From contig CAWCYI010000004.1 in the NCBI GenBank assembly GCA_963799845.1, positions 1,600,001-1,664,000 on the forward strand: a stretch of 64,000 nt of DNA, written 5' to 3'. The notes beneath the pieces were generated by a model. The model saw nothing but the letters and a program-made list of their open reading frames with translations, searched no databases and was not told the origin of the DNA. Position numbers and translations under genes: made by a program. Positions 60,845-64,000 of the stretch are shown piece after piece. Position 1 is the stretch's first letter; each line of letters starts with the position of its first letter. The stretch comes from an uncultured Nitrososphaerota archaeon. GTDB taxonomy: Archaea > Thermoproteota > Nitrososphaeria > Nitrososphaerales > CADDZS01.

Positions 60845-63800
60845 CTACTCTTGATTCCATGGCATTACCATCTTGAAGACTTCGACTTCGGTACTTACGT
60901 TCCTCAGTGACTTCAATCCCAAACTTTGAAGCGGCAAGTCGAACTTGTTTTGTAGATGATCGTAAACCTGACGAGTAAGGCAGACTCCACCATGTTCGGC
61001 AAGTGACTCGATCCTTGATGCCACGTTGACGGCATCTCCTGATATGTCTCCATCTTCAGATTCTACGACATCCCCAACGTGAACCCCTACTCTTAATTGG
61101 ATTCTTTGATCTTCAGACAATGAGATGTTGAATTCTCTCGTTGCTCTCTGAATGTCGTAAGCACATCTGGTTGCCTCTAGAGCGCTTGGAAACTCTACGA
61201 GGAAACCATCTCCAATTGTTTTGATTTCCCTGCCATTGTGTCTTTTGAAAATTGGTCTTAGTAATTTCCTTTGTTCACTCACCAGAGCGAGCGAGAGTGT
61301 TTCGTTTTGCTGCCCTAAGGCAGTGAAACCTACCATATCTGTGAACATAATCGCCGCCAATTTTCGTTCGATACTTTTCACTTCGACGTTTTGAGGTTCA
61401 AATTCGTAAGATCTGTACTTTCCTAGTTCGTCAACAAAGAGTATTCTAGGTTTGAGTTCAAAGTTCCCTTTGTTTTTTGCAACGAAGTTAAGAAAGATTT
61501 CGTGAGCCTTGAGGTAATCCAGTCTCTTCCCCTTGAGATCAACTGCGATAGAGTTTCCGCCTTCGAGAAAATAATGTTCATTATTTTCGCCTTCCGCCTC
61601 AAAAGCGTTAGAAGGAGCAATGTTATCTAGTTTCATAAGTAATGCAGGAGTCTTGCCAACATTTGCAATGTCAATGCCTAGTTTAATGGAAGAACCAACA
61701 TTGGTAGATTTTGTGGAAAGAGAAATGTTCCCCGTAAGATTCGCAACTTCGAACCTTTCGAGTCCAACTGCTTGGTCGCGAGTGAAATTGACGGGACTAG
61801 CAGAAACTGTTGGACTCTGAGAAAGTGCCTCCATTGGAGTGATTAAGAGTTCTCTGTTTTCTCTCGCAGTTTTGAGATGCTTCAAAACTTCTGTCCTCTT
61901 CTTCTCATAACCAATGTCTCCGTATCTTCTGGCTGACAACTCAAGGTGCTTTTCGGCTAGATGATACATCTGTGTTTTCTTCTGAGGATCAATTTCTCGC
62001 TCTGCTCCCGCAAGATATGCTAAAGCATCGAAGAGTGCCTCAGTTGCTCTTGTCCAATCCGACGCTATTTCAAAGCCTGCTTCTTCGTAGTATCTTGATG
62101 CTACACCTAGTTTGGTTTTGATCTCAGAATACAGACTAACATCGCTTGATTTCTTGAACCTTGTGCCTGCCTCAAAAGCTTCGCAGATAGAGGAATTAGC
62201 AAGGCACGACAGGACAAAACTTTGCTTCATGATATTCTCCTTCGCTTTCAGAAAAATCTCTGAGGCTTTATGATAGATTTCTGACGAAGACTTGACCTCC
62301 GCTTCCTTCATTGCTGCCCAAGCATCGCAAGAGAGTGCTAGAGCATCAAGTTCCATCCTGTCTTCTTCGCTTGCATCTTTTTCTAGTTGCCTCAGAGTTT
62401 CAGATGCTGAGCGATATCTCGTCATACTTTGTTTTACCTCGCCATTTTTGTCGAGAACTCTTGCTTCGTCAAGTTCTTTTCTTGCTAGGCAGTATTTGCC
62501 TCTAGATTCAGAGAGCTTCGCCCATTCCTTTAGTTCACTTTCTTGTGGAGGAGAGAGCTTTGCAAGACTCAATGCTTCTTGCTTGGCTTGCTCGAACAAC
62601 CCGTAAGCTTCTCCGAACGAAGATGATGCCTCAGTGTTGCTTTCCTTTCTGCTGAATCCTTCTGCTCCTTCCATCTTTGAAAATGCAAGGTAATGCTTGG
62701 TTAATTGTCTGAAGGTCTCAGTTTTATCTAAAATGCCCGCTGCTTCTATGAGTCTCTCGGAAGCAGATTCGTATTTTTCATCGCTATGAAGAATCCTTGC
62801 CTCTTCTATTTTTGACCACGCTTGCATGTACAGAGAAAGGTCAGCGAATGATTTCTTTAGGCTCTTTTGATTTGCCGACGCTTTCAGGTACTCCTCCGAT
62901 GCCTTGACGAATGCATTGGATGACTTGGAATACTCTTGGATAGAGTCGTAGAGCTTCGCGGTGTTCCAGGCGATTGGAGCTGAGGTACGCTAGTAGATTA
63001 GCCTGGGAGTAATAGTTTGACGCTTCATCATACGCCTTGATTGCCTCAATGCAGTCGTCCCTTCGCTGGGAGAGATTGTAGAGCTTTGTCAAAGTGTTGC
63101 CTAGAGATTCGCATGCTCTTCCTACATTCTGAAGATACACCGTTGATATTGGCAAACTGTTCAATGCTTTTGCCTTGATATCCTTGGATTTTTTCAAATC
63201 CGACACGCTCTGCTTCAGAAGAGTTTCTTTTTCCTGCTGGCTCGTCTTTTCCTCTGCAAGTTTAGCCTCGACAAGAGCATGCATTGAGTAGAGCACGCCC
63301 GTATTCCAAGAATCTGACCCAGCCAAGGTTTCAAATCTTTCCAGCTGTCTCGAAGTCAAGTCAGCCGCCTCCGAAAGCAGTCTTTCTCTCTCGCCTTTTG
63401 AGCTCATCAACTCTGCTTTCAGAAGCAGGGCTTGTCCAAGATACGGTCCCACGAAACCTAAGGAGTAAAGGGATTGGAATTCTAAGCCCGTTCTTCCGAA
63501 CTCTATCGCCTTGTCAAGATATTGCATTTTTTCAGAAATGGTGGTCGAATCTATCGACAACAAATTTAGTACCCGCGAGCAAAATGAGTAAGATTCTTCG
63601 AGGTCGCCTGTGCGCAGTACTTTGAGACGCTCTATCGCCCTCAAGAGAGCTTCAGTCGATTTTTCAAGCATCACTTTCCTTTCCTCGGCAACGTCCAAAG
63701 AATGAGAAGCCCAGTGGAGACTGTAGCCCAAGTAGTGGTACTGTTTGCCGAGGAGGTTGGTGTCCCTTATCTTCTCTGATTCTGCAAGAGCTTTTCCAAG

Positions 63801-64000
63801 AAAGCAGCTCCTCCAATCCAGTCGCCTCTGAAGTCGATAGCCATGCGTCCGGCTGTTTCATAACCGAGCGATTTGAGCAAAGATTCATTGGTCTTGTCTG
63901 CTAGCTCGCTTATGGCACCAGTCACGAAAGGAACGAGTTCTTCTTCGATTTGTTTTCGCTCGCTTGAATCAATGAAAATTTCCGGAGCCCATCCAAGGAA
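60845..64000 (-). CDS. Large TPR-like/helical + Ig-like + class III adenylate cyclase protein (5' end beyond window; several indels)
   Basis: AAIMFTDMVGFT, IKTIGDG, LRVGVHVGD, DISGDAVNVASRIE; upstream ORFs 62841..63731 and beyond are continuous helical repeats. Confidence 0.88.

Overview
Archaeal DNA, most likely a non-ammonia-oxidising Nitrososphaerota/Thaumarchaeota-type lineage. This is inferred from leaderless TATA-type promoters, F420-type LLM enzymes, a Bat/HTH_10 regulator, a stand-alone Lrp RAM domain, zinc-ribbon membrane proteins and an Asp-box protein. About 15 genes are split by single-base indels, which points to long-read error rather than real pseudogenes. Layout: (1) 0-2 kb, arsenic module (MIP channel, arsC, arsM, Cys-rich wHTH); (2) 2-13.5 kb, mixed accessory genes including a bacterial-type DyP peroxidase; (3) 13.6-50.8 kb, a ~37-kb catabolic island (peptide-type ABC importer, 3 amidases, 3 LLMs, OYE, lactonase, GltD/PreT-like + SdhA/AprA-like flavoproteins + ferredoxin, CoA ligase, CoA transferase, creatininase, maleate-isomerase-like, Gfo/Idh/MocA trio, hydantoinase A/B, FAD monooxygenase, cupins); (4) 51-58 kb, pntAA/AB/B, gcvT-like, amt; (5) 58.4-60.8 kb, the most unusual part: a solo cas1 remnant cut by an IS630, bracketed by two highly structured non-coding elements that share sequence motifs and point outward; (6) a large TPR-Ig-class III adenylate cyclase running off the right edge. 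No rRNA, tRNA or CRISPR array was recognised.
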